Below are positions 20,168 to 46,220 of a stretch of DNA of 64,000 bases, in pieces. Location: NCBI RefSeq assembly GCF_009914755.1, contig NC_060940.1; one strand, 5' to 3'. The translations under genes and the position numbers were made by a program. The first letter of the stretch is position 1. Each line of letters begins with the position of its first letter. The notes beneath the pieces are model-generated. The model did no database searches. It was not told the origin of the DNA and was given only the letters and a program-made list of their open reading frames with translations. Source of the DNA: the human T2T-CHM13v2.0 reference genome, Homo sapiens.

Positions 20168-21232
20168 TTAATAAATAAATAATAAAAAATTAAAAAGCCA
20201 TTTCTTTTAGCATACCTTGGCTGCAAAAAATATTACTTTTTATTGTGATAAAATATACATAACATAAAATTTACCGTCTTAACCTTTTTTTTTTTTTTGA
20301 GATGCAGTTTTGCTCTTGTTGCCCAGGCTGGGGTGCAATGGTGCGATCTTGGCTCACTGCAACCCTTCGCCTCCCAGGCTCAAGTGATTCTCCTGCCTCA
20401 ACCTCCTGAGTAGCTGGGATTACAGGCACCCGCCACCACATCTGCTAATTTTGTATTTTTAGTAGAGACGGGGTTTCTTCATGTTGGTCAGGCTGGTTTT
20501 GAACTCCCAATCTCAGGTGATTCACCTGCCTCAGCCTCCCACAGCGCTGGGATGAGAGGCATGAGCCACCATGCCCGGCCCATCTTAACCATTTTGAAGT
20601 GTAAAATTTGATGGCGTTAAATGCAGTCACATTGTGGTGCAACCATCTCCACCATCCGTCTCCAGAACTTTTCCATCATCCCAAACTCAAATTCTGTCCT
20701 GACCCCACTAAACACTATGTCCAGCTTCCTCCCCCAGGCCTGGCACCCACCATTCTGCTTCCATCTCTCTGAATCTGAGGACTCTGGGGACCTGATGTGG
20801 GTGGGATCCTGTGGTTTTTGTCTTTTGTGTCTGGCTTATTTCACTGGGCATAATGTCCTTCAGGTTTATCCACATTGGAGCATGTGTCAGGAGTCCCTGC
20901 ATTGTTGCTTTTTTTTTTTTTTTTTTGAGACAGAGTCTCGCTGTGTCACCCAGGCTGGCGTGCAGTGGTGTGATCTCGGCTCACTGCAAGCTCCGCCTCC
21001 TGGAGTTCAAGACCAGCTTGAACTCCTGGGTTCATGCCATTATCCTGCCTCAGCCTCCCCAGTAGCTGGGACTATAGGCACCCGCCACCACGCTCGGCAA
21101 ATTTTTTGTATTTTTAGTAGAGACGGGGTTTCACCATGTTAGACAGGATGGTCTCGATCTCCTGACCTCGTGATCCGCCCACCTCGGCCTCCCAAAATGT
21201 TGGGATTACAGGCATGAGCCACCGTGCCTGGC

Positions 21233-21602
21233 TTGCCTGGAGACATTTCTACTGCTACCTTACCGATCAGGGTATCCAGTATCTCCGTGATTACCTTCAT
21301 CTGTCCCTGGAAACTGTGCCTGCCACCCTACGCTGCAGCCGTCCAGGGACTGGCAGGCCTCGGCCTAAAGGTCTGGAGGGTGGGCGACCTGCAAGACTCA
21401 CAAGAGGGGAAGCCGACAGACATACCTACAGACGGAGTGCTGTGCCCCTGGTGCCGATAAGAAAGCTGAGGCTCGGGCTGGGTCAGCAACCGAATTCCAG
21501 TTTAGAGGCAGATTTGGTCGTGGACATGGCCAGCCACCTCCGTAAAATTAGAGAGGATTATTTTGCATTGAATACACTCACAGCCAAAAAACAAAAAAAA
21601 AA
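21233..21602 (+). pseudogene. 5'-truncated processed pseudogene of ribosomal protein RPS10 (eS10)
   Basis: [71 protein letters not shown], a 1-bp frameshift at ~21445, then [31 protein letters not shown] (TAA 21543-21545). Degenerate polyA signal AATACA at 21571-21576, A-rich tail, no introns. Confidence 0.93.
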
Positions 21603-21745
21603 GAGTCAGGGTCTTACTTTGTCAACTAGGCAGGAGTGCAATGATGCCATCATAGCTCACTGCAGTCTCTAATTCCTGGGCTCAAGCGATCCCCCCGCGT
21701 CAGTCTCCCAAGTAGCTAGGACACCATACCAGGGTTTAAAATTAA

Positions 21746-21907
<162 letters not shown>

Positions 21908-22341
21908 TGAATCATAGGGTAGTTCTATTTATAACTTTTTATTTTTTTTATTTTTTTGAGGCAGAGTCTCACTCTGTCTTCCAGGCTGGAGTGCCGTGGC
22001 ATGATCTCGGCTCATGGTGGTTGGGCCTGGCCGCAACACAGCCCTCATCAGCGTCCCATGCCAACCAAGCACAACTCTGCACCTGTCCCTGGCCAGCACT
22101 GTGGGACAAGAGTCCAGTCCAAAGTGACAGAGTCTCTGTCTGGAAGGAAGATGGCCTCCCTGCTCAGCCACATCACATCACCTTGACTTTGCTGGGCCCT
22201 GGCCTTCCAAGGTGGAAGCCAGCAACCTAGATGCCTTGGGCTTGTCTCCTAACATCAAGCAGTGAGGGTCAGGGTCAAGAGAGGCGGCTGAGCTACCAGA
22301 AGGAAGCCCAGGAGTGTCCACGCCGGCAGACACATGCATCA

Positions 22342-23468
<1,127 letters not shown>

Positions 23469-23741
23469 TCAAGGAGGAAGCTTGGTACTTTTTAGCTCTT
23501 CTCCCCACCCCCGCCGTGCTGCTTCTGTCTCTGTGGGTTTCATAGGAACTGAGTCATGTAACATGTGGAACATTTGTGTCTTGCGTCTGTCACTTAGTAC
23601 GGTGCTTTTGAGGCTCACCCACACCGCAGCGTGAGTTAGAGCTGTGTCCTTTCTGATTGCCAAGTAATATCTCATTGCATGGTCTAGCTGGGTTGACATC
23701 CCATTGCACACTCTAGCTGGGCTGTGAAGGAGCAGGCTGCT

Positions 23742-24211
23742 TGTGCACATGGGTAACAGATGGATGTACAGTGAGACGTCAGTCTGTGCACATGGGTAAC
23801 AGGTGGGTGCACCGTGAGGTGTTGGTCTATGCACATGGGTAACAGGCGGGTGTGCAGTGAGACGTCAGTCTGTGCACATGGGTAACAGGTGGGTGCACAG
23901 TGAGGTGTTAGTCTGTGCACATGGGTAACAGGCGGGTGTGCAGTGAGATGTCAGTCTGGTGCGCGTGGGTAACAGGCAGGTGTGCAGTGAGGCGTCAGTC
24001 TGGTGCACGTGGGTAACAAGTGGGTGTGCAGTGAGGCGTCAGTCTGTACACGTGGGTAACAGGTGGATGTGCAGTGAGGTGTCAGTCTGGTGCACGTGGG
24101 TAACAGGCGGGTGTGCAGTGAGATGTCAGTCTGTGCACATGGGTAACAGGTCGGTGTGCAGTGAGACGTTGGTCTGTGCACATGGGTAACAGGCAGGTGT
24201 GCAGTGAGATG
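23742..24211. repeat. Minisatellite, 43-44-bp unit x ~11
   Basis: TGTGCACATGGGTAACAGGCGGGTGTGCAGTGAGACGTCAGTC-type units starting at 23742, 23785, 23828 and onward. Lies in CA5A-like intron 5. Confidence 0.95.
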
Positions 24212-24754
24212 TCCTCTCCTCCTGCCGGCCACACGTCCCCGCTCCCAGGGCACAGATGTGCCAGTCACTTTCTGAGCAACTACTTCAAATCTTCAGAACA
24301 ACCCTTCAAGAAGTATTTCTAGTTTACTGATGAAGATAGACAGACAGATATAAACAACTTGCCCAAAGCCACGTTGCCAGTCAGGGCCACTGAGGCCTGG
24401 CCCGTTCCAAGGTGCGGGCTCATCTCTCCCTCCCCAGGACTGCAGGAATCAGTCGGGGGAGCGGCAGGCCCCAGCCATTCCACTGCGTGCAGGTTTCCTG
24501 CCAATTAAGCTTTCCAGCCTTGGGCTGAGAAGAGGATGCCTGTGTGTTGCCTCATCGTCCCCAGGAGTTCCTGTCCTGTCTCTAAGATGCATGAGGGCTG
24601 GAGCAGCCATGTGGTTACAGAAAGCTGCTCCCCCTCAGGGCCCCCAGAGGAAGTCAGGGCCCTTCCTTTATGCGTGTGGTGAGCCCCAGGCAGCTAGAAT
24701 GGGACACCGGTGAGCACACCAATGAGGCTGAAGACCATCACATCCATTATCTGA

Positions 24755-25201
<447 letters not shown>

Positions 25202-26715
25202 TAACTCCGCCCTTGGTTTGTCCTCTTAGAGTCTCAGTTTCCCCAGGTGTACGACAGGCAGTGTGGTGGCTGTAATGGGCTTCCATCAGTGCCTGCCACA
25301 TGGGCGTGGGGCTCGGTAGGTGCTGCCGCTGCTGCTGCCGAAGCTAGAAGAGCCCCCACAGGGCATAGAGCCATTCCCTGGATCCCCTGGACCTGGTGGG
25401 CTGTTTCCAGCTCCACAAGGCAGCCAATTCCCCGGTAGCCCTGACTCTTGCGAAGGCAGGGAGGAGGGGGGGCCCCAGCAGCCTGAGGAGCTTGCAGCTT
25501 GTCCAGGCATGGAGGGTGGGGACCCTCTGTGGGCAGTTTTTGCCAAAACTTCTGGCTATGGTGAGAGGGTCAAAGGCGAAGCCTCGAGGTCTCCATTCTG
25601 GGAGTGTCTGCCCAGGGTCACCGGGGCCACACTGGGGCTGGGCCTGCGTGCTGGGAGCTGAGTGCATAGTGACAGGTCAGCACTGGTAGGGGCCTGTGCA
25701 GATGGGACGGCGCTGGGGGTGGGGGTGGGGGTCCGGGCTTCCAGGCGGCGCCTAATGTGGTTTTGGTTATAGACACTGCCTGTGTTTCCCTCTAAGCTGC
25801 TGAAAAGCTCAGAAATGTGCAGCAGGGCCTGGAGCTCAGCCTGGGTTCTGACTGCATGTGGGAGGTGGGCGCTGGGACGACTGGGAGTTCAGGCTGCATG
25901 GAGCCACTTCCTGGGTTTAAAAACGGGCTCTTCACCTGCCACCTGTGTGCCGGGGCAAGGCCTTCTCTGCCTCTCTGAGCTTTGGTTTCCCTGTGTGTGC
26001 AAGACAGATGAATCACAGGCCCTGCCCCATGGAGTGATTGGAAGATTCAGTGTGATGATTTATATGGAGGGCTGTCGCTTCTTTGAACCCTTCCCACCGA
26101 GGTGTGGGGTGATGTCGCCTTGCCCTGAGCCTGGGCAGGTGCTCCTGGTGGGAGTGGTGAACAGGATGCCGCAGGAGCAGTGCTTTGTGACTCTGGAAGC
26201 CAGGGCAGAAAAGACATCGTGTCCGTCTGGCTCTTTCTGGAAATGCACCCTTGGAGCCCTGAGCACTGCATAGAAGCCAGCTGGGTCCCCAGGGAATGAC
26301 CGTGGCAGGCATTCCTGGAGGGTCTCTGCCGAGTCAGTCCCACATCAGGGCCCGGACCAGCCTGGAACTAGGAGAGATGATGGGGACTACGTGACTCTGG
26401 TCTTTCCTGCCCTAGTTCAGGACAGCTTGTTCCTTAACTGGAGGAAACCAGGAAAGCAGCCCAGAAGCTGCAGATGAGCCCATCCCTGGGTGAGGACTGC
26501 TGAGTCCGAGGGGGTGAGAGGCAGAGCTGGGATTTGAAGCCAAGGCCATCTGCCCTTGAGCCTGAGGCCACCACGGCCCCGTCCTGCCCTGCACTGCCCA
26601 CCAATCAGGAGTTAGATTCAACCACACTTCTAGCATTTTCCATCAGAAGGCCATCATTCTAAAGTTTCATGGACTCCCAAAAGGTAATAGCTCTCTCTGG
26701 GAACCAGCTGACTGA

Positions 26716-27147
<432 letters not shown>

Positions 27148-27435
27148 TGAACTCCTGACCTCAGGTGATCTACCCACCTCGGCCTCCCTAAGTGCTGGGA
27201 TTACAGGTGTGAGCCACCGCGCCCGGGCTACTGTGGATGTTTAACATCTCCATTTCACAGGCGAGGAAGCTGAGGCTCAGAGGTGCGCAGCTCAGGAGTG
27301 GTGGATCAGGGCTCTGGACCCAGGAGTCCAACTGTGGGGCTCTCTGATACACTGTGCTATGGGAGAAGCTCCCAGAAGTCCTAGGCTAGGAGCCTCTAGG
27401 CGAGAGGGTTGTTCAAGTCTCTTCCCATTCCCTGA

Positions 27436-27723
<288 letters not shown>

Positions 27724-27998
27724 TAAGGTGGTCTGCCTGCTTTGGCCTCCCAAAGTGTTAGGATTACAGGCTTGAGCCACCGCACTCAGCCTCTTAAGGT
27801 CTTTTAATTTCTCAAAGGTCTAACTCGGCCAGGCGCGGTGGTTCACGCCTGTAATCCCAGCAATTTGGGAGGCCAAGGTGGGCGGATCACTTGAGGTCAG
27901 GAGTTTGAGATCAGCCTGGCCAACATGGTGAAACCCCGTCTCTACTAAAAATACAAAAATTAGCCAGGCATGGTGGTGGGCGCCGGTACTTCCAGCTA

Positions 27999-28106
<108 letters not shown>

Positions 28107-28851
28107 TCAAAAAAAAAAAAAAAAAAAAGAGTCTAACTCTTTATTTTCAGCTGAGGGGATGAGCCCAGAGATCAGCATCAGGACCAGAGCTCAGTCCGCG
28201 GTGGCACTTCCTCCCCTGTCCCGGGCATCATTCCTCCCCTGTGGTTTGCCTAGAAAATTCTGACTTACCCCATGGGGAAGAAATGCTCCAGAACCTTCCC
28301 CAGGAGGAAAACAGCCCTTGGGTAAAGGGTCCTTCACAGCCAGCTCTTTTCTTTCCCACCAAGAGGTGGGACCACCTGGTGTGGAAGGTGGAGGCTGGCT
28401 GGGAAAACAACCCCTCCCCAGGTTTCCTCTGGCTGTGGAGCCGCGCGGAGGAAGAGGATGGGGCGTCAGAGCTCTCAGAACCGTGGCCTTGTGAAGTTTC
28501 TGAGCAGGCAGATGGGGCGGCGGGGGGTGATCTGGTCCCAGTCCCAGGAGGCCGCCCCGAAGCCAGCATCAAGGCGAAGGCCACGTACAGATCAAACGGC
28601 TCCTTGAACCGCGAGGAAGGGCTTGCCCCAGCTCCATCTGGACCAGCCCGCACCATTGTTAACACAGGTTGAAGCCTCATCCTTCCGCACATCTGAGGCT
28701 TGCGTTGACTCCTTCTGCCCTGGAATTCTTTTGTTTGCTGCTGAATAAATAAACTACATTTCTTTGGAATTTCTCCTTCTCCCTCAAAGCCTTTTCTCAG
28801 CTGATCTTGGAGAAAGGCGACACTCTTGTCCCCGTCATCTTTTCGAGCTGT

Positions 28852-28950
28852 GCTGGATGCAGGGAAGCGTATGGAGAGCTGGGCGCTGGATGCAGGGAAG
28901 CGTGTGGAGAGCTGGGCGCTGGATGCAGGGAAGCGTGTGGAGAGCTGGGC
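28852..28950. repeat. 33-bp tandem repeat x3
   Basis: GCTGGATGCAGGGAAGCGT(A/G)TGGAGAGCTGGGC at 28852, 28885 and 28918. Confidence 0.95.
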
Positions 28951-29181
28951 CGGAGAGCCGCGGTTTGGGCAGGTTTCTCTCTGCCCTTGGGCTTGGGGTC
29001 GGACAGGGACGTTCAAGGAGATGCTGGGTGGTACATGAGTCAACATTCTTAAATGTTATTAGTTAGGGATTTGAGGTTTTTGTTTCAATCTGTTTTCAAA
29101 CAAACATTATCATTAGTGAATATCATCACCCAGGACAAGGCTAAAAATTTTTCGAGCTAATCAATTTAAAGAAAAATATTA

Positions 29182-29709
<528 letters not shown>

Positions 29710-30140
29710 TCACAGCGCCTCGGCGGGGCTCTTTCCACTATGAGATTTCTTTTTCCTTGCAAATGAATCGCTGCACTAAACAATTTTGCTTGTCAAATTA
29801 TGCTGATTTCTTTCTTTTCTTTTTTTTTTTTTTTGAGATAGGATTTCACTCTTGTCACCCAGGCTGGAGTGCAACAGCGCAATCTCAGCTCACTGCAACC
29901 TCCACCTCTGGGTTCAAACGATTCTCCTGCCTCAGCCTCCCGAGTAGCTGGGATTGCAGGCATGTGCCACGACACCCTGCTAATTTTGTATTTTTAGTGG
30001 AGGCGGGATTTCTCCATGTTGGTCAGGCTGGTCTCGAACTCCCGACCTCAGGTGATCCACCTGCCTCAGCCTCCCAAAGTGCTGGGATCACAGGCGTGAG
30101 CCTCCGCGCCCGGCCTGCTGATTTCAAATATGCAGCTTAC

Positions 30141-30203
30141 CTTATGTTTTACTTCCAGCAAGATGTCCACCAGCCTCTGCAGCATCTGATGATGGGCCCC
30201 GAG
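30141..30203 (-). pseudogene. CA5A-like exon 5
   Basis: gcag|CTCGGG...CATAAG|gtaagc, 63 nt. [21 protein letters not shown]. Confidence 0.92.
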
Positions 30204-30320
30204 CTGCGTGGCAGACACACAAGGGGTTAGCTGAAAAGGCAATGGGTGGCGGGGGGAAGCTCACTCCACTGTAAATACACCACGTTTTAAAAGCAATCCT
30301 AGGCCAGGCACGGTGGCTCA

Positions 30321-30797
<477 letters not shown>

Positions 30798-30969
30798 TCA
30801 CTTCCCCTTCTGAATGGCTGACCTATGTGTCCACTTAATCATAATGAAATGGCCAGGCGTGGTGGCTCACACCTGTAATCCCAGCACCTTGGGAGGCCGA
30901 GGTGGGTGGATCACGAGGTCAGGAGATCAAGACCATCCTGGCTAACATGGTGAAACCCCGTCTCTACTA

Positions 30970-31155
<186 letters not shown>

Positions 31156-32276
31156 CTAAGTTGTTGCAGCCAGATGTGTAAGATCCCAGCACCAGCAGCA
31201 CCTCTGAGCTCCCAGGCACTTGACGAAGCCATGGGAAGGAAGAGCCTCAGTCTTCCTGGTGGTGGGAAAAAGGAGAGGATCATGTTAACCTCATCCAATA
31301 GAAATGGGTGGTTTCATTATTTTCTACTTCCTAGTTATCCTTGGACAAGGATTACCAGAAAAAACTCAGGCCTCGGCTGGGCGTGGTGGCTCACGCCTGT
31401 AATCCCAGCACTCTGGGAGGCCGAGGCGAGTGGATCACGAGGACAGGAGTTCAAGACCCGCCTGGCCAAGATGGTGAAACCCCGTCTCTACTAAAACTAC
31501 AAAAATTAGCTGGGCGCGGTGGCAGGTGCCTGTAATCCCAGCTACTCAGGAGGCTGAGGCAGGAGAATCACTTGAACCTGGGCAGCAGAGGTTGCAGTGA
31601 GCCAAGATCGCGAGATCATGCGATCGCGCCACTGCACTCCAGCCTGGGGAACAGAGTGATACTCAGTCTCAAAAATAAATAAATAAATAAAATATCTGTT
31701 CATCAAAAACAAAGTTGCAGATAGAGATACTAAAATAAAAGGCATGTTGTTAAATGAAAGGAAGCACACAGAAGCCATTGTTGTGCTCATTCTTGGAACT
31801 ATTTATAAATATGTGTATGATGATGACAATAGATATCACTCCCTATTTATAAAATGTCCAGAGGTCACCTCTGGGTGTGCGATTACAAGCAATTTTCATT
31901 TTTTGGTTTGGGTGCACTCTAGTTCCACATTAACTGCAGCATTACTTTCATAACAACAACAAGTTCAAAAAACAGAAAGAGTCCTCAACTTGAAAAAGCA
32001 TCAAGAAGTCAGGTGAGTGGGTGAGCAGAGGTGTGATAAAGTGAATATGGCAAAAATGATCATCACAGGACTGAGACGTCAAACTCATAGATTCTTCTCG
32101 TTCATTTCTTTTCATTTTTTCATATGTTGCAAAAATTTCATAATAAAATATTTGGGGAAATCTATAAGGCATCACTTATCACCCAAAAAAACTACAAAAA
32201 CCAATTCCCAGCATTGATCCGCACTCATTTTCTCTACTGACTCCCACTTTGGAATGTTGAAAATAAGACTGCTTTA

Positions 32277-33171
<895 letters not shown>

Positions 33172-34642
33172 TTACCTGAGGCATTGTCTACATTAGGGTT
33201 ATATGAGTTCACTCGCAAGGGGTTGCTGTATGGTTGAAGTGACAAGCCAAAGGTGGGCTCCGTGAAAGGTGGGCTCTGTCTGTCCCATTCACTCTGCCCC
33301 CCGCCAGCCCAGCGCCTGCCCAGAGGTTCACAGTAAATGTGGAATGAAGGCAGGGTCCCAGTGCTGCCACTGGGTGGTGGTGAGGGCCTCATCTCCCTGC
33401 AGGCAGAAATCGATAAAGAAAGTTTCTGAGATGCCTGCCTGTCCTATAAGATTTCCAGACTTTAATTTAAAAAAAAAAGATGTCTTCCAAATATTTTTTA
33501 AAAGCAGCTTAAATCCTATCACCAAATAACATTATAAAATAACACAATGAGCAAAGTTTTTGTTTTGTTTTATTTTAAGACAGAATCTTACTCTATCGCC
33601 CAGGCTGGAGTACAATGGCATGATCTCAGCTCACTGCAACCTCCACCTCTGGGTTCTAGCGATTCTCCTGCCCCAGCCTCCTGAGTAGCTGGGATTACAG
33701 GCATGTGCCACCAGGCCAAGCCAATTTTTGTATTTTAAGTAGAGACAGGGTTTCACCATGTTGGCCAGGCTGGTCTCAAACTCCTGATCTCAGGTGATCC
33801 ACTCGCCTCTGCCTCCCAAAGTGCTGGGATGACAGGTGTGAGCCACCGCTCCTGGGTGAGCAAGGTTTTTAAATAAGCAGACCCTGAGCTATAGCATCAG
33901 TCCTGATCTCTGGCAGTCCCTGCTTAATCTAGGCCCACCACAGGGCCAGCTTTTATTGGAACACTCCTTCCGTCCTAAGTCACCCTAAACACTCGCCTTG
34001 GAGTCAGCGCTCTCCACCTGCAGGACTTGGGGTGCCCCTCTCCATGGCACAGTGCCAGGTGCAGCCTCCCAGGAGCTTCCTTCTCCTGACACGTGGGGCT
34101 CAGCCATAAGCATCGCTCACTGAGGCCTCTGGCTCTGCCTCACAGAGTCATGGCTGCCATCCCCAGGTCCAGGTAGTGCTGGGAGTCTGCCTTTTAACGA
34201 GCTCCCCAGGGGTTCTGATGTGGGTGGCTTCTCCTGTGTCTAAGCACTTTGTCACTAACAGATTTCCATCAACAGCTGCTACAAATGTGGTACCTATTCC
34301 ACACGTTTTCATTGAAAGGAGCACAGTGTGCTCCTGGGATGGCTGGGCAAGGCTGGAAGGCGCCAGCAGAACTGGAGCACTGATCACGAATTCGCGGTGG
34401 CCCGAGTGCCTCCCGTAGCTGTGGAGGAGCCTCGTGTCACCCGCCTTGCTCATGTCACCTCCCGCTGTGGCAAAAGCCAGGAAAGCACTGAGCGCATGAC
34501 GAATGCCTTGGGGAGCTTGACACTGCTGACTCCTGGTGGTTTCCTGACACCAAAAGTACTTGGGCTGGGCGTGGTGGCTCACACCTGTAGTCCTAGCACT
34601 TTGGGAGGCCGAGACGGGTGGATCACTTGAGGTCAGGAGTTA

Positions 34643-34980
<338 letters not shown>

Positions 34981-35240
34981 TCACTCAAAATCTCAGTGTT
35001 GGTCTGGAGCAACCTCGGAGTCATATGTAGTTTTAAAATTCTACCATTATGAGCAAGTCTTCTATTCTCCTTAAATATACACAGATGAATTACATCTCAA
35101 TTTTTAAAAATACACAGAAAGAGTGCTTCACACAATCAGCACATAAAATCACTTTGTTAGGCCAGGCACAGTGGCTCACGCCTGTAATCCTAGCACTTTG
35201 GGAGGCCAAGGCAGTTGTATCACTTGAGATCAGGTGTTCA

Positions 35241-35586
<346 letters not shown>

Positions 35587-35808
35587 CTACCAGCCCCAGC
35601 GGCATCAAAGTGCATTGATGGGTGGCTGAGGGTGGAGCCTGCCAGGGGGTCTGCCTCTCGCTCTTGGGATGGGCTCACTCATGATAAGTTTACTGTGTGG
35701 AAATTCATGCATGTCTGTATCATCTCTTCTAGAATAGAAATGCCTAGAAGGCAGGGATGATGGATGCTTCATGGACAAGTTAGACTGGACCCAGCCTGGT
35801 AGATGTCA

Positions 35809-36142
<334 letters not shown>

Positions 36143-36429
36143 TCAGTCTCAAAAAAAACCAAAAACAAACAAACAAAAATGGCTGTTTCCGTCTGGACCA
36201 TCACTGTATCAACACGACTTAGTGCAGGAAGGGGTCATTGAAGGCACACAACGAACCCTCACGGGATGAATGAATACAGGAATGAATGGGATTAGTCAGT
36301 TCATTGATTTATTCATCGAATCACTCGGTCGGTAAGCAGCTCTGTGTGTTACAGTGGAATCGAGCCTTTCCCACGGCAGTTTGGGAACCGCCTGGGATTT
36401 CTAGGAAAGTCCACAGAACACAGAAATAG

Positions 36430-36545
36430 TTAAAGACCTGGATTTGCAACTCAGCTCTGCTTCTAACTTGCTGTGTGACCCTGGGCAAGTAGCTTAGCCT
36501 CTCTGAGCCTAAGCCTCTCTACCTGTTAAACGAGAAGAGCGGGAA
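36430..36545 (+). mobile_element. MIR (other MIR pieces near 6130, 27240, 38220, 38620, 40030, 45040)
   Basis: GCTGTGTGACCCTGGGCAAGTAGCTTAGCCTCTCTGAGCCT MIR core. Confidence 0.7.
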
Positions 36546-36911
36546 GGATAAATGGAGACAAGGCAGGAGGCATTTTGTAAAGTGTTGTCTGATGATGGCA
36601 GTGGTGGTGATTGTGCATCGCACACCATTCAGGGGCTCCGCAGCTTCATCTGTGTAAAGAGAGTTACTACACGTTTCTCCTGGTCCCAGCTCAAGCACTC
36701 TAGGGTTCTACGTAGGCACATAAATAGGGTTCCAAAGAGCGACGCCAACTGCATAAGGCATAAGTCCACTGACAGCCGATGCCTGCCAGACCCCCACCCA
36801 CAAAACCTAGTAGAAAAGTCACCCTCCAGAATGTGGCCAACCAACAAGGGCCAGGAACAGGAGCTGCTGGGACCAGAAGGGACTTGTGAGCCCTGAGCCT
36901 CTGCAGGGTAA

Positions 36912-37275
<364 letters not shown>

Positions 37276-37619
37276 TGATCCGCCCCCCTTGGCTTCCCAA
37301 AGTGCTGGGATTACAGGCGTGAGCCACCGTACCCAGCCTGTCACAGAATTCTTTACTGCGGCAGCCTCTGATGGGCTGGATCCTCCGCCTCTCTACTCAT
37401 TGGAGTAAGAGACAAGTCAGCCCTTTCCAATCTGCCTCCTGAGGGGAACCATGGGGCCCTCGGGACATGCAGCCCCTCCTCAGGCTGGCTCGGGGCATCT
37501 GCACCCCTGTACCTGAGCAAGGGACTTGCTTGAAACGGCGGCCACCCTGGGCTGGGGACCAAGCACGCTCAGGGGAAAACCCAAAAAGGCTACTGTGTCT
37601 CACTGGCTCTATGATACGC

Positions 37620-38010
37620 AAATGAGGAGGGAAGCGAAACGTTCGTTCTTCTAAGAGGGTAACTGCAAAGGAAGTCTGGGCCGCTGCGTTTTCGGGAACA
37701 GCAGGTGCGGTGGCCGATGGATAACTCGGGCTGGGCTGGAGCGGCCCCTGGTGGCAGTTCGGTGAAGAGGCACCCGGAACCTGGCAACGTGGCCCGCGCG
37801 GGGCGCACGCATATCAGGAAGACACAGAGGCCTTTTTACTGAAAATGCCAGCGGGTGCGGATTCCACGGGCTCCTCTTCAGCATCAGTCTAGTGTGGGAT
37901 TCATACACCTTGAGCCTCTTTCAAGGTGAAACAGAGAATCTCACTGAAAACTTTAAATCCCACTGTAAATTCCAAAATTAGACCTGCGCCGCGAAGACCG
38001 CCCACCAGCA
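37620..38010. promoter_or_regulatory. CpG-enriched element with strong CTCF-like motif
   Basis: Local CpG enrichment. The reverse complement of 37741-37756 is TGCCACCAGGGGCCGC (1 mismatch to CCASYAGRKGGCRS). Confidence 0.5.
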
Positions 38011-38102
38011 AAATGCCAAGCGTATTTCTTTAAAAACTGGAAAGCCGTGTTTCGCTGCTCTTCCTGTAGACAATACAGCATGGGGGCAGGAGTGGGGTCT
38101 GG

Positions 38103-38200
38103 AGTCGGACGCACGTTCAGAGGCTGGGGTCACTTCTCCCAAACCGTGTGCAGTCGGACGCACGTTCAGAAGCTGGGGCCGCCACTCCCAAACTGTGTGC
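38103..38200. repeat. 49-bp tandem duplication
   Basis: AGTCGGACGCACGTTCAGA... at 38103 and 38152. Confidence 0.85.
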
Positions 38201-38843
38201 TCTAGGTCCAGCTTTTGCACCCCTCCTAGCCTCAGTTTCCCCATCTGTAAAGTGGGGATGATCCTTGAACCCCCACCATAGGACTGCTGTTACGATTAAG
38301 TCACATGGGAAATACGAAGTCCTTAGCACAACGCTTGACATAAAGGAAGCACTCTAAAACAAACAAACAAACAAACAAAAAACAACGAACTGGAAGCCAC
38401 TGAAGCCTTCATGGGGTGAAACAGCTGATTAAGGGGCAAAGGCTCTCGCTGGCCAGGTTCTGGCGTGTCCCGGGCACCACGCATCCTGTCCATGAGCTCA
38501 CGTCGTTGTCGTGACGGAGAAGGCTTGGTGCATACCAGAGTGCGGCGGAGGAGCTGGCCTTCACTGGGCACCTGCTACCTGCTGGGCATTGCGAGGTAAC
38601 TTTATGTTCCTCCCAGGATGAACTCCTCACAATGGCCCTACAGAGCAGGTCCTGTGAGTCCAACTTTGAGATGAGGAAATTGAGACGCAGAGAGGTTCGG
38701 TCACCTGCCCCATTTTAGCCGGCAACCTCACCCAGGTCTGACGGTCCAGGCCCTCAGCTTTTGTAGTAGGGTTCAGGCCAAACTCTGCTACTTGCCTTGC
38801 CAGTAAAGTTAGGGACCCAATTTAAGGCTGCAGACCTGGATAA

Positions 38844-44992
<6,149 letters not shown>

Positions 44993-45161
44993 CACCATTT
45001 TATCTTGAAGAGATTTTTAGTTCATATCTAAGTAAAAAATCCTCAGCTCCAAACTCACTAGCTGTGTAACTTTGGCCAATTTAATTAACCTGTCTAAGCC
45101 TCAGTGTCTTCTTCAGGGGTGTTGTGAAATTAGTAGCAATGAGGGAAATGTTCCAACAGGG

Positions 45162-46220
<1,059 letters not shown>

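Noticed and set aside
28228-29046. 272-aa minus-strand ORF with PASSAQLSTRF repeats
   Set aside because: Length inflated by an in-frame 33-bp repeat in GC-rich intron. No homology recognised.
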